The notes beneath the pieces were generated by a model. It made no database searches, was not told the DNA's origin, and saw nothing but the letters and a program-made list of their open reading frames with translations. The position numbers and the translations under genes were made by a program. From an uncultured Syntrophaceae bacterium (lineage in GTDB: Bacteria; Desulfobacterota; SM23-61), in contig CAZAGD010000043.1 in assembly GCA_964484485.1 (NCBI GenBank), positions 5,660 to 69,659 of the forward strand: DNA of 64,000 bases. Direction: 5' to 3'. This document shows, piece by piece, positions 28,599-38,749 of the stretch; the stretch's first letter is position 1, and each line of letters starts with the position of its first letter.

Positions 28599-29884
28599 TG
28601 CTCGGGACAGCTTTCTTAATCCTTATTGGACTCCTTGCTTTTGCTGTGCCTGTGGCGGCTGGGCTGGGAATTTTGGGCTTGGCTTTAGAATGGATTTATT
28701 CGAAGCTGCCCCTTAATATGGCCTTAGGTGAAATCTCTTGGGCTACCTCAAATAACTTTTTGCTGGTAGCTATTCCTTTCTTTGTTTTGCTGGGTGAAAT
28801 TCTCCTTCGTTCGGGAATAGCCGAAAGAATGTACAATTCTCTTATCCTTTGGGTGCCTTGGCTGCCAGGGGGGCTCATGCATACTAATATTGTCTCCTGC
28901 GCTATGTTTGCCGCGACTTCTGGATCGAGTGTCGCTACTGCCGCTACTATCGGCACTGTCGCCCTGGGGGAAATTCAGAAGCGGGGGTATTCAGAACGCC
29001 TTTTCTTAGGAACAATTGCGGCCGGCGGTACATTGGGTATCCTTATCCCACCATCGATTAATATGATCGTTTATGGAGTGCTTACTGATACCTCGATCCC
29101 CAAATTATATCTGGCTGGTTTTATCCCAGGATTTATTTTGGCGAGCTTATTTAGTTTGACTGTCCTTATTTGTTGTCTAATTAATCCTGAATGGGGAGGC
29201 AAACCTATTCCCGCTACATGGAGGCAAAGACTTAAAGCCCTACCCGACCTTATACCGCCTATTATTATATTTATAGCAGTTATCGGTTCTATCTATGCAG
29301 GCTGGGCAACGGCTACAGAGTCAGCTGCCTTAGGAGTAATTGCTGCCTTAGCCATTGCTGCCTGGCGGCGTCTTTTGTCCATAAAAATGCTAACCCACGC
29401 CTTTGAAGGAACCATGCGGACAACGGCAATGATTATGGCAATTCTAATCGCTGCCTATTTTCTTAACTTTGTAATGGGTTCTATCGGTCTGCTTAAGAAA
29501 GTAAACGATTTTATTATGGGTCTGCAACTAACTCCCAGGCAATTACTTTTTGCTGTTATAGTTTTCTATGTCATTTTAGGCATGTTTATGGAGACTCTCT
29601 CTATGATGGTAGCTACTGTGCCAATTATTACGCCGATTATGGTAAAAATGGGGTTCGATCCTGTATGGTTTGGTGTTTTAATCGTGATCCTCATGGAAAC
29701 GGCCATGATCACCCCCCCAGTTGGTATTAACCTTTATGTGGTGCAAGGCCTGCGCAAGAGCGGACGCATCAACGATGTCATTATTGGCGCTTCCCCTTTT
29801 GTACTGGCTATGTTTGCGATAATGGCTATTATTTCATACTGGCCTGAACTTGTCCTCTGGTTGCCCAAAGTACTGGAAAGATAA
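28598..29884 (+). CDS. dctM: TRAP transporter large permease DctM
   Basis: SGSSVATAA, GGTLGILIPPS, ITPPVGINL. Confidence 0.93.
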   Translation: MLGTAFLILIGLLAFAVPVAAGLGILGLALEWIYSKLPLNMALGEISWATSNNFLLVAIPFFVLLGEILLRSGIAERMYNSLILWVPWLPGGLMHTNIVSCAMFAATSGSSVATAATIGTVALGEIQKRGYSERLFLGTIAAGGTLGILIPPSINMIVYGVLTDTSIPKLYLAGFIPGFILASLFSLTVLICCLINPEWGGKPIPATWRQRLKALPDLIPPIIIFIAVIGSIYAGWATATESAALGVIAALAIAAWRRLLSIKMLTHAFEGTMRTTAMIMAILIAAYFLNFVMGSIGLLKKVNDFIMGLQLTPRQLLFAVIVFYVILGMFMETLSMMVATVPIITPIMVKMGFDPVWFGVLIVILMETAMITPPVGINLYVVQGLRKSGRINDVIIGASPFVLAMFAIMAIISYWPELVLWLPKVLER

Positions 29885-29930
29885 AGTTGCCTAATTTTTC
29901 TTCTGCGGGCAAATCTTTTTGGTATAACCA

Positions 29931-29955
29931 ATAGGGCAAGGAACAATCCCTTGCT
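29931..29955 (+). repeat. Family B REP-like element
   Basis: ATAG-GGCAAGGA-ACAAT-CCCTTGCT hairpin. Confidence 0.55.
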
Positions 29956-30068
29956 TGGCAATGTTTAAGAATTTATCTAAATGCCATTACAATAAAGGAG
30001 AGGGAAATTTCCTACATTTTTATTAACCTAAATTAGGCGATTTTTCATTATTCATTATATCAAAGATA

Positions 30069-30184
30069 CTGGATTCTTGCCTGCTTCAGCCTGCTTCAGC
30101 CTGCTTCAGCCTGCTTCATGCTTCCGCAGGAATGACAAATATCAGCCAACGAATGAGAGTGTCATTCCCGTGAAAACGGGAATC
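30069..30184. repeat. Family C (dRS3-like) pair with internal 4 x 10-bp tandem expansion
   Basis: CTGGATTCTT-(GCCTGCTTCA)x4-TGCTTCCGCAGGAATGAC, then GTCATTCCCGTGAAAACGGGAATC (exact ATTCCC-N8-GGGAAT at 30164-30183). Confidence 0.8.
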
Positions 30185-30239
30185 TTAACGGTTTTGTCTT
30201 CATAAATGTCAAAAGAATCTCTCAGATTAGGATTAAATT

Positions 30240-31106
30240 TTATTCCTTGAAATCATATAGATTCGCTGGATTATCAGCTAATACAGCTCGGCGGATCGAT
30301 TCATTGGGTATCCATTCTAACAAAAGATCCAGAAGATCTGCCTCTTCTGGCTTATTTCCAGGTGTATGATTGGGATGAGGCCAGTTGGTAGCCCAAACTA
30401 AGCGATCAGGACGAACGGAGACTAATGCTTTAATTTTCTCGCCGACGTCTTCATAATGAGGGGGTCCTGATAAACTGGCCAAATAGGGAGCAGAAATTTT
30501 TACCCAGCATCTGCCCGTTTCCAGGAAACGGAGGAGTTCCTGAAATCCGGGATCGTTGATTCCTTTTTCAGGAGGAGTTCGCCCCACATGGTCAATAACC
30601 ACATCCACAGGGATTTTTTTCAAAATTGGAATCGCGGCGGGGAGCCAATTGCCGCGGTCTTGAATTTGGAGGTGCCACCCCAAAGGAGCAATGCGTTTGG
30701 CCATTTCTGGGACATCGCTCATGCGGAAATCATCTACTAAAAGGTAGAAACGCAGCCCCCGCATTCCGCCCTCGTGCAGCTTTCGCAATTCTGCATCACT
30801 TATATCTTTTTTGGTCACCGCCACTCCTCGTGCCCGTGCTAAACCTAATTGTTGGATAGCATCGAGAGTGCAACTATTGTCGGTGCTGTAGAGGGAAGGC
30901 TGAACAATTACACATCTTTCTATACCCAGGCGATTAAGCATTGTTTTATAAGCTTCGAGCGAAGCCAACCAATTTGTGGGCCGACGTCCTGGAAAAGGTG
31001 GATATTTATCAGCTGGACCATAAATATGGGCATGAGTATCGCAAGACCGCGGCGGCGCTATCATACGGGGTTTACGCCCTTCACCTGGAATTATTAATGG
31101 GAGCAT
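30240..31106 (-). CDS. Amidohydrolase_2 family lactonase (LigI / 2-pyrone-4,6-dicarboxylate lactonase-like)
   Basis: CDTHAHIYGP, LGIERCVIVQPS, VIDHVG, WVKISAPY, WATNWPHP. Confidence 0.75.
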   Translation of the reverse strand: MLPLIIPGEGRKPRMIAPPRSCDTHAHIYGPADKYPPFPGRRPTNWLASLEAYKTMLNRLGIERCVIVQPSLYSTDNSCTLDAIQQLGLARARGVAVTKKDISDAELRKLHEGGMRGLRFYLLVDDFRMSDVPEMAKRIAPLGWHLQIQDRGNWLPAAIPILKKIPVDVVIDHVGRTPPEKGINDPGFQELLRFLETGRCWVKISAPYLASLSGPPHYEDVGEKIKALVSVRPDRLVWATNWPHPNHTPGNKPEEADLLDLLLEWIPNESIRRAVLADNPANLYDFKE

Positions 31107-31135
31107 AAAATAAACGCCATCTTAATGCGTGGTTC

Positions 31136-31208
31136 GGCAAGCCCCAAGGGCTTGCCCTACGAGAAATTTAAAAAACCTCAAATGTAGGGCAAGGGCTTGA
31201 CCCTTGCC
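31136..31208. repeat. Family B REP doublet (REPIN-like)
   Basis: 31136-31160(-) GTAG-GGCAAGCCC-TTG-GGGCTTGCC and 31184-31208(+) GTAG-GGCAAGGG-CTTGA-CCCTTGCC; perfect stems, 23-bp spacer. Confidence 0.8.
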
Positions 31209-31374
31209 GCATTTGGTTTTATTTCTTATATGCAATTACGACCCAATTTCATTGGGGAAACTCGATAAAGCCAGACCACGGAGTAAGATAAGAGTGATAA
31301 CTGTAAATATTTAATTGCTCCGATTAATAGGTATATTTCTTTTTTAATGAAGTCCATGGTGATTCCTTCCTTTT

Positions 31375-33363
31375 TTAAGATTTTTTCTTGGCCAAATGGG
31401 CAATAAGAAAAGTAATCGAGGCTATAAAGAGTCCTAAAAGGTCGGTTTTCCATTCTGGAATGGACAAGGCTATTCCAGCAGTGAAAAAGATAATTCGCAA
31501 AGAAAAATTGATTTTACCGAGGCCGATTAAATACCCTTCAAAAGTTGACCCAATCAAAATAACTCCTAAACCAGCAGAAAGAACAGCTTGAATTACTTCT
31601 CCTGGTCCTGATTGCAAGATCAAGGCAGGGTTAAAAACGAATATAAAAGGTAATAAATAAATTACTCCACCCAAACGAGAGGCGGTATAGCCAACCTTCA
31701 AGGGAGATGTTTGGGCAATAGTTGCTGCTGGAAAAGCAGCTAAGGCAACAGGAGGGGTAATAAAAGAGATCATGCCCCAATACATGACAAAAAGGTGCAC
31801 AGCTATCTCATTCAAACCTAATTGGATCAATCCTGGCGCCAAAACTAAGGCCAAAAAAACATAACAGGCAGTGATAGTCATACCCATGCCCATAATAAAA
31901 CTGGCCAAGGCGCCTAAAAGGAGCATAAAAGCTATATTCCCTCCGGCAAAACTGACGAGCTCGCGAGCAAAACTGGCCGCTACTCCCGTGAGGGAAAGGG
32001 AGCCCATAATCATGCCAACCCCGGCTAAGATGGCTACTAACTCAGCCAGGAACTTTCCCGATGATTCAATCAACTCAAAGAATTTGCGCGCGTTGAATCT
32101 ATTTTCTCTTTTGAACATAGCCACTATAAGAAGAATAGCCATGGCGTAAAAAGGGGCTTGGCTTTCTACGCGCAAAGAAAATAAAAAATATATTAAAACA
32201 ATTAGCGAGAAAGGAAAAAACCAACCCTCCTTTAAAGTTATGGAAAGAGGAACGATTTCATTGGCTGGAATGCCGGCAATTCCTTTTCTGGCGGCAAACC
32301 CGTCCACTTGAATTAAAAGGCCAAGATAATATAACAAGGAAGGAATAGCCGCGGCTAAAGCAATCTGCGCATATGGTTTTTGCAAAAAAGCAGCCATGAC
32401 AAAGGCCGTAGCTCCCATGACTGGGGGCATTAATACCCCTCCGGTTGAAGCGCAAGCTTCAATAGCCCCAGCATAATGAGGTGGATAGCCAGTTTTTTTC
32501 ATAGCCGGAATGGTAATTGAGCCAGTAGTTATTACATTAGAAATGGCACTGCCGCTCATGGAGCCAAATAAAGCACTGGCCATTACCGCTACCTTAGCAG
32601 GACCACCTCTGGTTGACCCCAAAAGAGCAAAAGAAAAATCAAGGAAAAATTTTCCGCCTCCGGTAACTTGTAAGGCAATCCCGAATAACATAAAACCGAT
32701 TAATAAATCTCCAAAGACTTTCATAGGAATTCCTAAAATGCTGTCAACACTCAGAGAGTGAAAAGTAGCGGTAGTAACAAAAGAACGACCATGGCCCTCT
32801 AAAAAGGCAGGCATATAAGGAGCAAAAAGGGGATAAAGAGAAAAAAAGAGGATGACTATGGCTAAAGCGAGCCCAGTTGTTCTACGGACAGCTTCTATAA
32901 CTAAGGCCCAAAGGATAATAGCCATATAAGTTATTTCTTCGGGAGCAAAATAGCCCCATCCCCTTTCAATTATTGTGTAACCATAACGGGCAAAAATAGC
33001 TGGGATTATAAAAGAAATAAAGGCTAAAAAACAATCCAATAGCCATAATGATTTTGAAGAAGATCCTCTCACCAAAGGAAAATATAAGAAAACCTGGGGC
33101 ATGAATAAAGCCAAGATTAAATAGAGATAGGAATTATCCATAATCATTATTCCCCCCAGACGCAGATGATAAATCTGATAAATAGCTAAAATAATAGTCA
33201 CCAAAGAAAATAAGAAGGTAATTGACCGCAGGGGGCCAGTTAAATTTCTATATCTTGAGATAGTTACTTTGGCTTGGCTGAAATTTTGATCGTTCTTCAT
33301 TTTTCCCTTTTTCATTACATAAATTTTAGAAAAGAAAAGGGCAGCGATGATATTCACCACCAC
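31375..33363 (-). CDS. TRAP transporter fused permease (TAXI type)
   Basis: GGPAKVAV, SGSAISNV, ASTGGVLMPPVMGA, ITPPVA; true start probably the ATG at 33300. Confidence 0.92.
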   Translation of the reverse strand: MVVNIIAALFFSKIYVMKKGKMKNDQNFSQAKVTISRYRNLTGPLRSITFLFSLVTIILAIYQIYHLRLGGIMIMDNSYLYLILALFMPQVFLYFPLVRGSSSKSLWLLDCFLAFISFIIPAIFARYGYTIIERGWGYFAPEEITYMAIILWALVIEAVRRTTGLALAIVILFFSLYPLFAPYMPAFLEGHGRSFVTTATFHSLSVDSILGIPMKVFGDLLIGFMLFGIALQVTGGGKFFLDFSFALLGSTRGGPAKVAVMASALFGSMSGSAISNVITTGSITIPAMKKTGYPPHYAGAIEACASTGGVLMPPVMGATAFVMAAFLQKPYAQIALAAAIPSLLYYLGLLIQVDGFAARKGIAGIPANEIVPLSITLKEGWFFPFSLIVLIYFLFSLRVESQAPFYAMAILLIVAMFKRENRFNARKFFELIESSGKFLAELVAILAGVGMIMGSLSLTGVAASFARELVSFAGGNIAFMLLLGALASFIMGMGMTITACYVFLALVLAPGLIQLGLNEIAVHLFVMYWGMISFITPPVALAAFPAATIAQTSPLKVGYTASRLGGVIYLLPFIFVFNPALILQSGPGEVIQAVLSAGLGVILIGSTFEGYLIGLGKINFSLRIIFFTAGIALSIPEWKTDLLGLFIASITFLIAHLAKKKS

Positions 33364-33391
33364 CCTTTTATGCTAATTAATTAACCTTAAG

Positions 33392-34528
33392 CTAAAAGCC
33401 AGCAGCTTTCCTCTTCTTAAGCCAAAAATCAGGGAAATCTTTGGAGGGAATTTTCTTTTCTAAGGCTTCAGACATGACCGTATCCCATAATTTTTTTAAA
33501 TCAGCTTGTCTTTTTAAACGTTCTTTATTGAGAGCTTCTCTCTGGGACGTCCACTTACCAATTTCTTTAAGGTAACGGATAGCACCTTCATGAATAGGAA
33601 TAGGGTAATCTTCATAAAGTTCTAAGAATTTTTCCGGAGCCCAATACGCTTCTAATGATTTATGCTTAGCAGCATATACCGGGAAGGATTCATGAAGAAG
33701 CTTGGTAATTATGTAAGCTTTATCTGCCGGAAGGAAATCATAAGTCAAAGCTACTGGGTAAGGATAAGTAAGTGTCTCTAAAGGCTTGTCTGGAGATATA
33801 CCAGCGCCAATAGTTGCTTTCATTGGAGAATAATAAGGATAACTTTTTTTCAATCGAGCCCATCCTTCTTTATCTGCCAAGGGAAGAGGAACATATCTTA
33901 TCCCATAGGGCATGGCCGCCATCTCGTAGGCCGTAGAAGCTGTGGGATTGATATGAGAGGCATCAATCTTTCCTTCCATGACCATCTTCATTCCCGCAGC
34001 ATAGGTCGGAACATCCACCTTTTGTACATCTGTCCAGCTCAGGCCAGCAAAAACTAAATGAGCCTCGCTAATCATAGTCAGAGCATAAGTTGGAAAATAG
34101 GCGACCCTCTTCCCTTTTAAATCTGCTGCCGTTTTGATGACGGAATCTCCACGTATTCCCAAACACAATCCGGGATGTTGGGCTAAGTAAAGGACGCGTA
34201 CAGGTTGTGGCCCCCAATCAATGGTGGAATAATCGTATAGACCTTCTTGCATAAAATAAGAACCAATGCCGTGAAAAGCTACTTCCGCATCTTTAAGCCG
34301 GAGGGGATAAACGCGGGGAAGATCAGTCCCGGCAGGAATAACGCGCACTTTTATTTTATATTTTTCCCACAAAGATTCGCTTACAAAACCCACTTGCATA
34401 TAACCCGAGGATCCTACGTCATAAGCTGTCCAGGTCATCATCTTGGGCAGTTCCACTGCTTCGGTGTAGAAACTTAAGGCCCCCGAAAATAAAACTACCA
34501 TCAATGAGAGAAATTTTTTGACAAACAT
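33392..34528 (-). CDS. TAXI-family TRAP solute-binding protein
   Basis: Signal peptide; DVGSSGY, DWGPQPVR, DLKGKRVA, PIHEGAIRY. Confidence 0.85.
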   Translation of the reverse strand: MFVKKFLSLMVVLFSGALSFYTEAVELPKMMTWTAYDVGSSGYMQVGFVSESLWEKYKIKVRVIPAGTDLPRVYPLRLKDAEVAFHGIGSYFMQEGLYDYSTIDWGPQPVRVLYLAQHPGLCLGIRGDSVIKTAADLKGKRVAYFPTYALTMISEAHLVFAGLSWTDVQKVDVPTYAAGMKMVMEGKIDASHINPTASTAYEMAAMPYGIRYVPLPLADKEGWARLKKSYPYYSPMKATIGAGISPDKPLETLTYPYPVALTYDFLPADKAYIITKLLHESFPVYAAKHKSLEAYWAPEKFLELYEDYPIPIHEGAIRYLKEIGKWTSQREALNKERLKRQADLKKLWDTVMSEALEKKIPSKDFPDFWLKKRKAAGF

Positions 34529-34693
34529 AGATTACCTCCTTTTTGGAATTTTTTATGATGCTTTTCTTAAAAAGTGGCCAATATTACGTCTTTTGAAATT
34601 CCCCAGCCATCATGGTAGCTTTTTGCCCCTTACCAACTTTCTTTTACAAATAGTTGAACAGGCAACCTTAATCCTTTCTTTGAAATAGAAAGA

Positions 34694-34721
34694 ATTTTAA
34701 AGGCAATTATAAAAAAGTCAA
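34694..34721 (-). promoter_or_regulatory. Putative sigma70 promoter of the TAXI gene at 34528
   Basis: Minus strand TTGACT-N16-TAAAAT. Confidence 0.5.
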
Positions 34722-34978
34722 GCGAAATTGGGATTTAATTATAGCCCATAACTCCTTCGTCGTTTCTGATAATACCCTGCACTTCGTGTTCTTCCCGCTG
34801 ATACTTTATGATGATATGATTAAGAGGAAGCGTAGCTTGCTAAAAATTCTATAAATTGGCCAAGAGAAGGAGATCTTTCTCACCTCTTCAAAATGGCAAT
34901 GACCGTTTTAGGGCTTAAGCTGGTAAAATATGTTCATTAATAATGGGTTACCTAAAAGGGTAAATCATTCTTCATGAT

Positions 34979-36928
34979 TTAAAGAATTTTTTCTTCTTTT
35001 TTATGCGCCAAGAGTTGAATTTTAATTTTTTGGAATCCCTTCATTCCTAAAATTAAAATGAACAAAACTAACCCAAGCAGATCAGTCACCCATTCTGGGG
35101 TCATGAGCAAAGCACCAGAAAAAATGATAAAAGCCCTTTTCCAAAATCCTAAATTCCCTAAAAATATATTATATCCTTCTATGCCAGAGGCCAGCAAAAA
35201 AACTCCCAAAAATCCTGTACTCAAGACTTTTAAAATTTCCACAAAATTTCCTTGCAGAACAAAAGCAGGTTGAAAAACAAAGAAAAAAGGAATGATAAAG
35301 AGAACTATGCCCAAACGGATAGCTTGAAAACCTGTGCGCATAGGGTCTGCCCCGGCCAAAGAAGCTGCGGCATAAGCGCCAATGGCTACCGGCGGAGTAA
35401 TGAAAGAGAGCATGCCGCAGTACATTAAGAAAAGATGAACGCTCAAAGGATTGAGGCCAGATTTAACCAAGGCAGGAGCAAGGAGCACTGCTAATAATAA
35501 ATAGCAGGCCGTGACCGTAAGCCCCATCCCTAAAATAAAGCTAGCTATTGCCCCCAAAAAGACTAACAAAACGATATTGCCACGGGCTAAAGCTATAATT
35601 TCTGTAGATAGAGTTTGCGCCACCCCTGTAATAAGCAGAGAAGCAATGAGCAGGCCTATAGCTGCTAAAATGCCGGTAATTTCTCCTATAGTCCTACCAA
35701 CTCCTTCTAAAAATTCGACGAAGCTCTTAAAATTTAAGCGGGTCTCTTTCTTGATCATGGTCAGCACCAACACAGCACTGGCGGCATAGAAAGGTGCTTG
35801 GGCTTCTCGCCGCAGAGAGAAAAGAACGTAAATCAATAGAACAAAAGCAAGTATATAAAACCAGCCATTTTTTATTGTTGTCCACCATGAGGGAATATTG
35901 CTCGCTGGGAAACCTTTAAGGCCAATCTTCGCTGCGTAGCAATCTACCTGGACGAAAAGTCCAAGGTAATATAATAATGAGGGAATAATTGCGGCCAAAA
36001 CAACTTCTGCGTAGGGTATATTCAAAATAGAAGCCATGACAAAGGCTGCTGCGCCCATAATGGGAGGCATAAGCACTCCTCCGGTGGAGGCACAAGTCTC
36101 GATAGCGGCCGCATAATAACTTGGGTAGCCTGATTTCTTCATGGCCGGAATGGTAAAAGAACCTGTGGTAATAACGTTGGTAATTACGCTTCCGCTTATC
36201 GATCCCACCATAGCACTGCTGACTACAGCAACTTTAGCAGTTCCCCCCCTAACCCTACCCAATAATGAGAGGGCGAGATCGAGAAAAAATTTGGCCCCTC
36301 CAGTGGAAGTAAGCGCAACTCCAAAAAACATAAAACCTATAAAGAGATTACCCAGAACATGAGTGGGAAGGCCTATTATTCCCTCTGGTCCCATAGCATA
36401 ATATCCAACTAATCGTGGGAAAGAGAAACTTTTTGTAAAAAGGAATCCTGGCATATGTTCCCCGAAAAGGGGATAGACGGAGAATAAAAAAACTAGGCCA
36501 AAGAGAACCCATCCTACTATCCGGCGGGCGGCTTCGAGAACTAACCCCCAAAGCAAAATGCCCAGGACAAAAGCTAATGGCGGTGGAGAAACCTCCCATC
36601 CTTTAAATAAAATTTGTTGACCCTGAAGAAAAAAATAAAAAGCACTGCTAAAGCAAAGCAAAGCCAAGAATAAATCGAAAGAACTTACTTTTCCTTTAAA
36701 ACGCGCAGCCGCCGGAAAATAAAGGAAAACTAAAGGGAGGAAGAAACTTAAAATTAAGTGCAAATAAGCGGTACCGACGATAAATCCTCCCCAAAAGCGC
36801 ACTCCTATATGAAATAGATAAACGATAGCCGATAAAATTCCAGCACAAGAGAAGACTATGGCTAATAAGCGAATTAAAGGGGGTAAAACCCGATATCTGC
36901 TAATTTCAGGCAGGGGTGCTTGATTCAT
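34979..36928 (-). CDS. TRAP transporter fused permease (TAXI type)
   Basis: GGTAKVAV, SGSVITNV, ASTGGVLMPPIMGAAAF, ITPPVA; paralog of 31375-33363. Confidence 0.92.
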   Translation of the reverse strand: MNQAPLPEISRYRVLPPLIRLLAIVFSCAGILSAIVYLFHIGVRFWGGFIVGTAYLHLILSFFLPLVFLYFPAAARFKGKVSSFDLFLALLCFSSAFYFFLQGQQILFKGWEVSPPPLAFVLGILLWGLVLEAARRIVGWVLFGLVFLFSVYPLFGEHMPGFLFTKSFSFPRLVGYYAMGPEGIIGLPTHVLGNLFIGFMFFGVALTSTGGAKFFLDLALSLLGRVRGGTAKVAVVSSAMVGSISGSVITNVITTGSFTIPAMKKSGYPSYYAAAIETCASTGGVLMPPIMGAAAFVMASILNIPYAEVVLAAIIPSLLYYLGLFVQVDCYAAKIGLKGFPASNIPSWWTTIKNGWFYILAFVLLIYVLFSLRREAQAPFYAASAVLVLTMIKKETRLNFKSFVEFLEGVGRTIGEITGILAAIGLLIASLLITGVAQTLSTEIIALARGNIVLLVFLGAIASFILGMGLTVTACYLLLAVLLAPALVKSGLNPLSVHLFLMYCGMLSFITPPVAIGAYAAASLAGADPMRTGFQAIRLGIVLFIIPFFFVFQPAFVLQGNFVEILKVLSTGFLGVFLLASGIEGYNIFLGNLGFWKRAFIIFSGALLMTPEWVTDLLGLVLFILILGMKGFQKIKIQLLAHKKEEKIL

Positions 36929-36953
36929 AAGACCTCTTTGATTTTTTAGGTTT

Positions 36954-38024
36954 TTACTTTTTTGCTTCCCATTCTTTTATTCTTTTTCTCTCTTCTTCCA
37001 AAGCTTTGTTTTGCCAAGCTTCATGTTCGGGAGTCCATTTCCCTTTTTCTTGAGCATACTTAATAAGGCCTTTATGGAAAGGAATAAAGATCGGCTTATT
37101 GAGGTCTAAAGTAATTTCCAGAGACCACTCTTCAGTAGAAGGCTTGCTAACATCTTTGTAAAGATCCCGACCTTCAACTAAAGCTTTGACAATTGTATAG
37201 ATCACCATTTCGTCAACAGTTTCATAGGTAGTTAAAGAATACGGATAATAGGCAAGCCACTTGTAACCTCCTTCTCCCAGAGCTCCATAGTTTGCCCAAA
37301 TCGGAAAGGCCATGAAGGGCGCAAATTTCTTCATTCGTTCCCAGGCTTCTTTGTCTTTCTGATCCATAGGTAAGTAACGCAGTCCATAAGGAGCAGATTC
37401 CCATTCTTTCATGATGGGAGTAACCGGGCAGGCGTGGCAGGCATCGGCCGCCTTTTCCATAACCATTTTTATTCCCGCTATATATCCAGCGGCTTTAACT
37501 AACACAACATCTTCTTTCCGTAAGTTTCCATAAGCTAAAAGGGCAGGGACAGTTAAAGAAAAAAGGCCGGGAGGATAAGCAACTCTTTTGCCCTTTAAGT
37601 CAGCCCAGCTCTTAATTCCCGAGTCACCTCGTACGGCCATTCCGTGATGGATAACATTGCCAGCAAAAACTAATCTAATATTTTGTGGTCCCCAATCTTT
37701 AGCAGCAAATTCTTCTAATCCATTACTGACAAAATATAGTGTGGCCGCCGTGAGGATAGAAACTTCAGCCTCACCCTTTCTTATAGGCAGAAGCCTCCCC
37801 ACATCTGTATCTGCTGGTGTGGGGCGAGCTTTAATACCGGTCTTCTTTTCGATGGTATCTGAAAAAGCAGTAGCTAAAATATTACCAAGAGATCCTATAG
37901 GGTAGCCCGTAATAGTTATAACTTTCGGTAACTTAGAAGGAGCAGAACTTGAGATGGAAATAAAGACTAAAAATATTGCGGATAAAGTCAAAGCTGTACA
38001 AAAAACTAAAACCTTCTTTTTCAT
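36954..38024 (-). CDS. TAXI-family TRAP solute-binding protein
   Basis: Signal peptide; DWGPQNIR, DLKGKRVA, PFHKGLIKY; paralog of 33392-34528. Confidence 0.85.
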   Translation of the reverse strand: MKKKVLVFCTALTLSAIFLVFISISSSAPSKLPKVITITGYPIGSLGNILATAFSDTIEKKTGIKARPTPADTDVGRLLPIRKGEAEVSILTAATLYFVSNGLEEFAAKDWGPQNIRLVFAGNVIHHGMAVRGDSGIKSWADLKGKRVAYPPGLFSLTVPALLAYGNLRKEDVVLVKAAGYIAGIKMVMEKAADACHACPVTPIMKEWESAPYGLRYLPMDQKDKEAWERMKKFAPFMAFPIWANYGALGEGGYKWLAYYPYSLTTYETVDEMVIYTIVKALVEGRDLYKDVSKPSTEEWSLEITLDLNKPIFIPFHKGLIKYAQEKGKWTPEHEAWQNKALEEERKRIKEWEAKK

Positions 38025-38261
38025 AATAGCACCTCCCTTTTTTTGTTCCCCTTCTTAGATAGGACTGCTTATAAAAGCATTCCTGAAGGGCGACATCGCC
38101 TTTCGTATAAAAGAGTACATCTTTTCTTGTTAAGGAAATTTTTGTTTTTTGATAAATTGGCGCCCTGCTCAAAATTGATAAAAATTATGCTGATAGTTGA
38201 ACTTTTCAAATTTTTTGAATATTAATATTTAAAACCCCCAACTTGTCAAGAGGATTTTTGA

Positions 38262-38444
38262 CTGACCGTCGAACAGTTTTATTTTTCGCTCCCAAATGTG
38301 ACTGAGCGGAAGGGGGAGAGGCGAAATTAAATAGCTCCTTATCTTCCCCCCCCTGCCTATAAAAAAATAAGTGCCTTATTTTAATGAGCTTTTCCCCCTC
38401 CTGCCCTGAATTGCGCTGAAATCTAAAAAGTGATCGACGGTCAG
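38262..38444 (+). mobile_element. MITE family A, copy 5 (183 bp)
   Basis: CTGACCGTCGAACAG...GTGATCGACGGTCAG; flanks GATTTTTGA / GATTTTGGA; internal GCCTTATTTTAATGAGCT. Confidence 0.85.
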
Positions 38445-38451
38445 GATTTTG

Positions 38452-38581
38452 GAGACCTCTGAAAAATCCATTTTATTGTCCCTCCTGGGCAGCAGGCGTT
38501 AACCAGCATCTGGCGATTATTTGATCCAAGATTGGCCAAGAATGGACATATTTCTGCCTTAAACACTTTTTCGGAGATCAC
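38452..38581. mobile_element. Possible second, unrelated miniature element (~130 bp)
   Basis: Imperfect inverted ends GAGACCTCTGAAAAAT / CTTTTTCGGAGATCAC (12/16 complementary); no clear TSD. Confidence 0.3.
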
Positions 38582-38749
38582 CCAAAAATTGATTGCCAAC
38601 TAAAATTTTTTTTTAAGAAATTTAATCTGGCAAAAGTCAGTTAATAGACATTATTAAAAAGCAACCCTGGCGAAGCACAGTTTGAAAAATGGTTGAGTTC
38701 GTTGATGCAGATTTTGAATACTTTATAATAAAATAAAGGCCTTTTAATA

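Noticed and set aside
30079-30118. (GCCTGCTTCA)x4 as a possible CRISPR array
   Set aside because: Contiguous 10-bp units with no spacers; no cas genes in the window.
34741-34910. Weak resemblance to GTCATTGCGAG...GCAATGAC palindromic repeats
   Set aside because: Too degenerate to align convincingly by eye.
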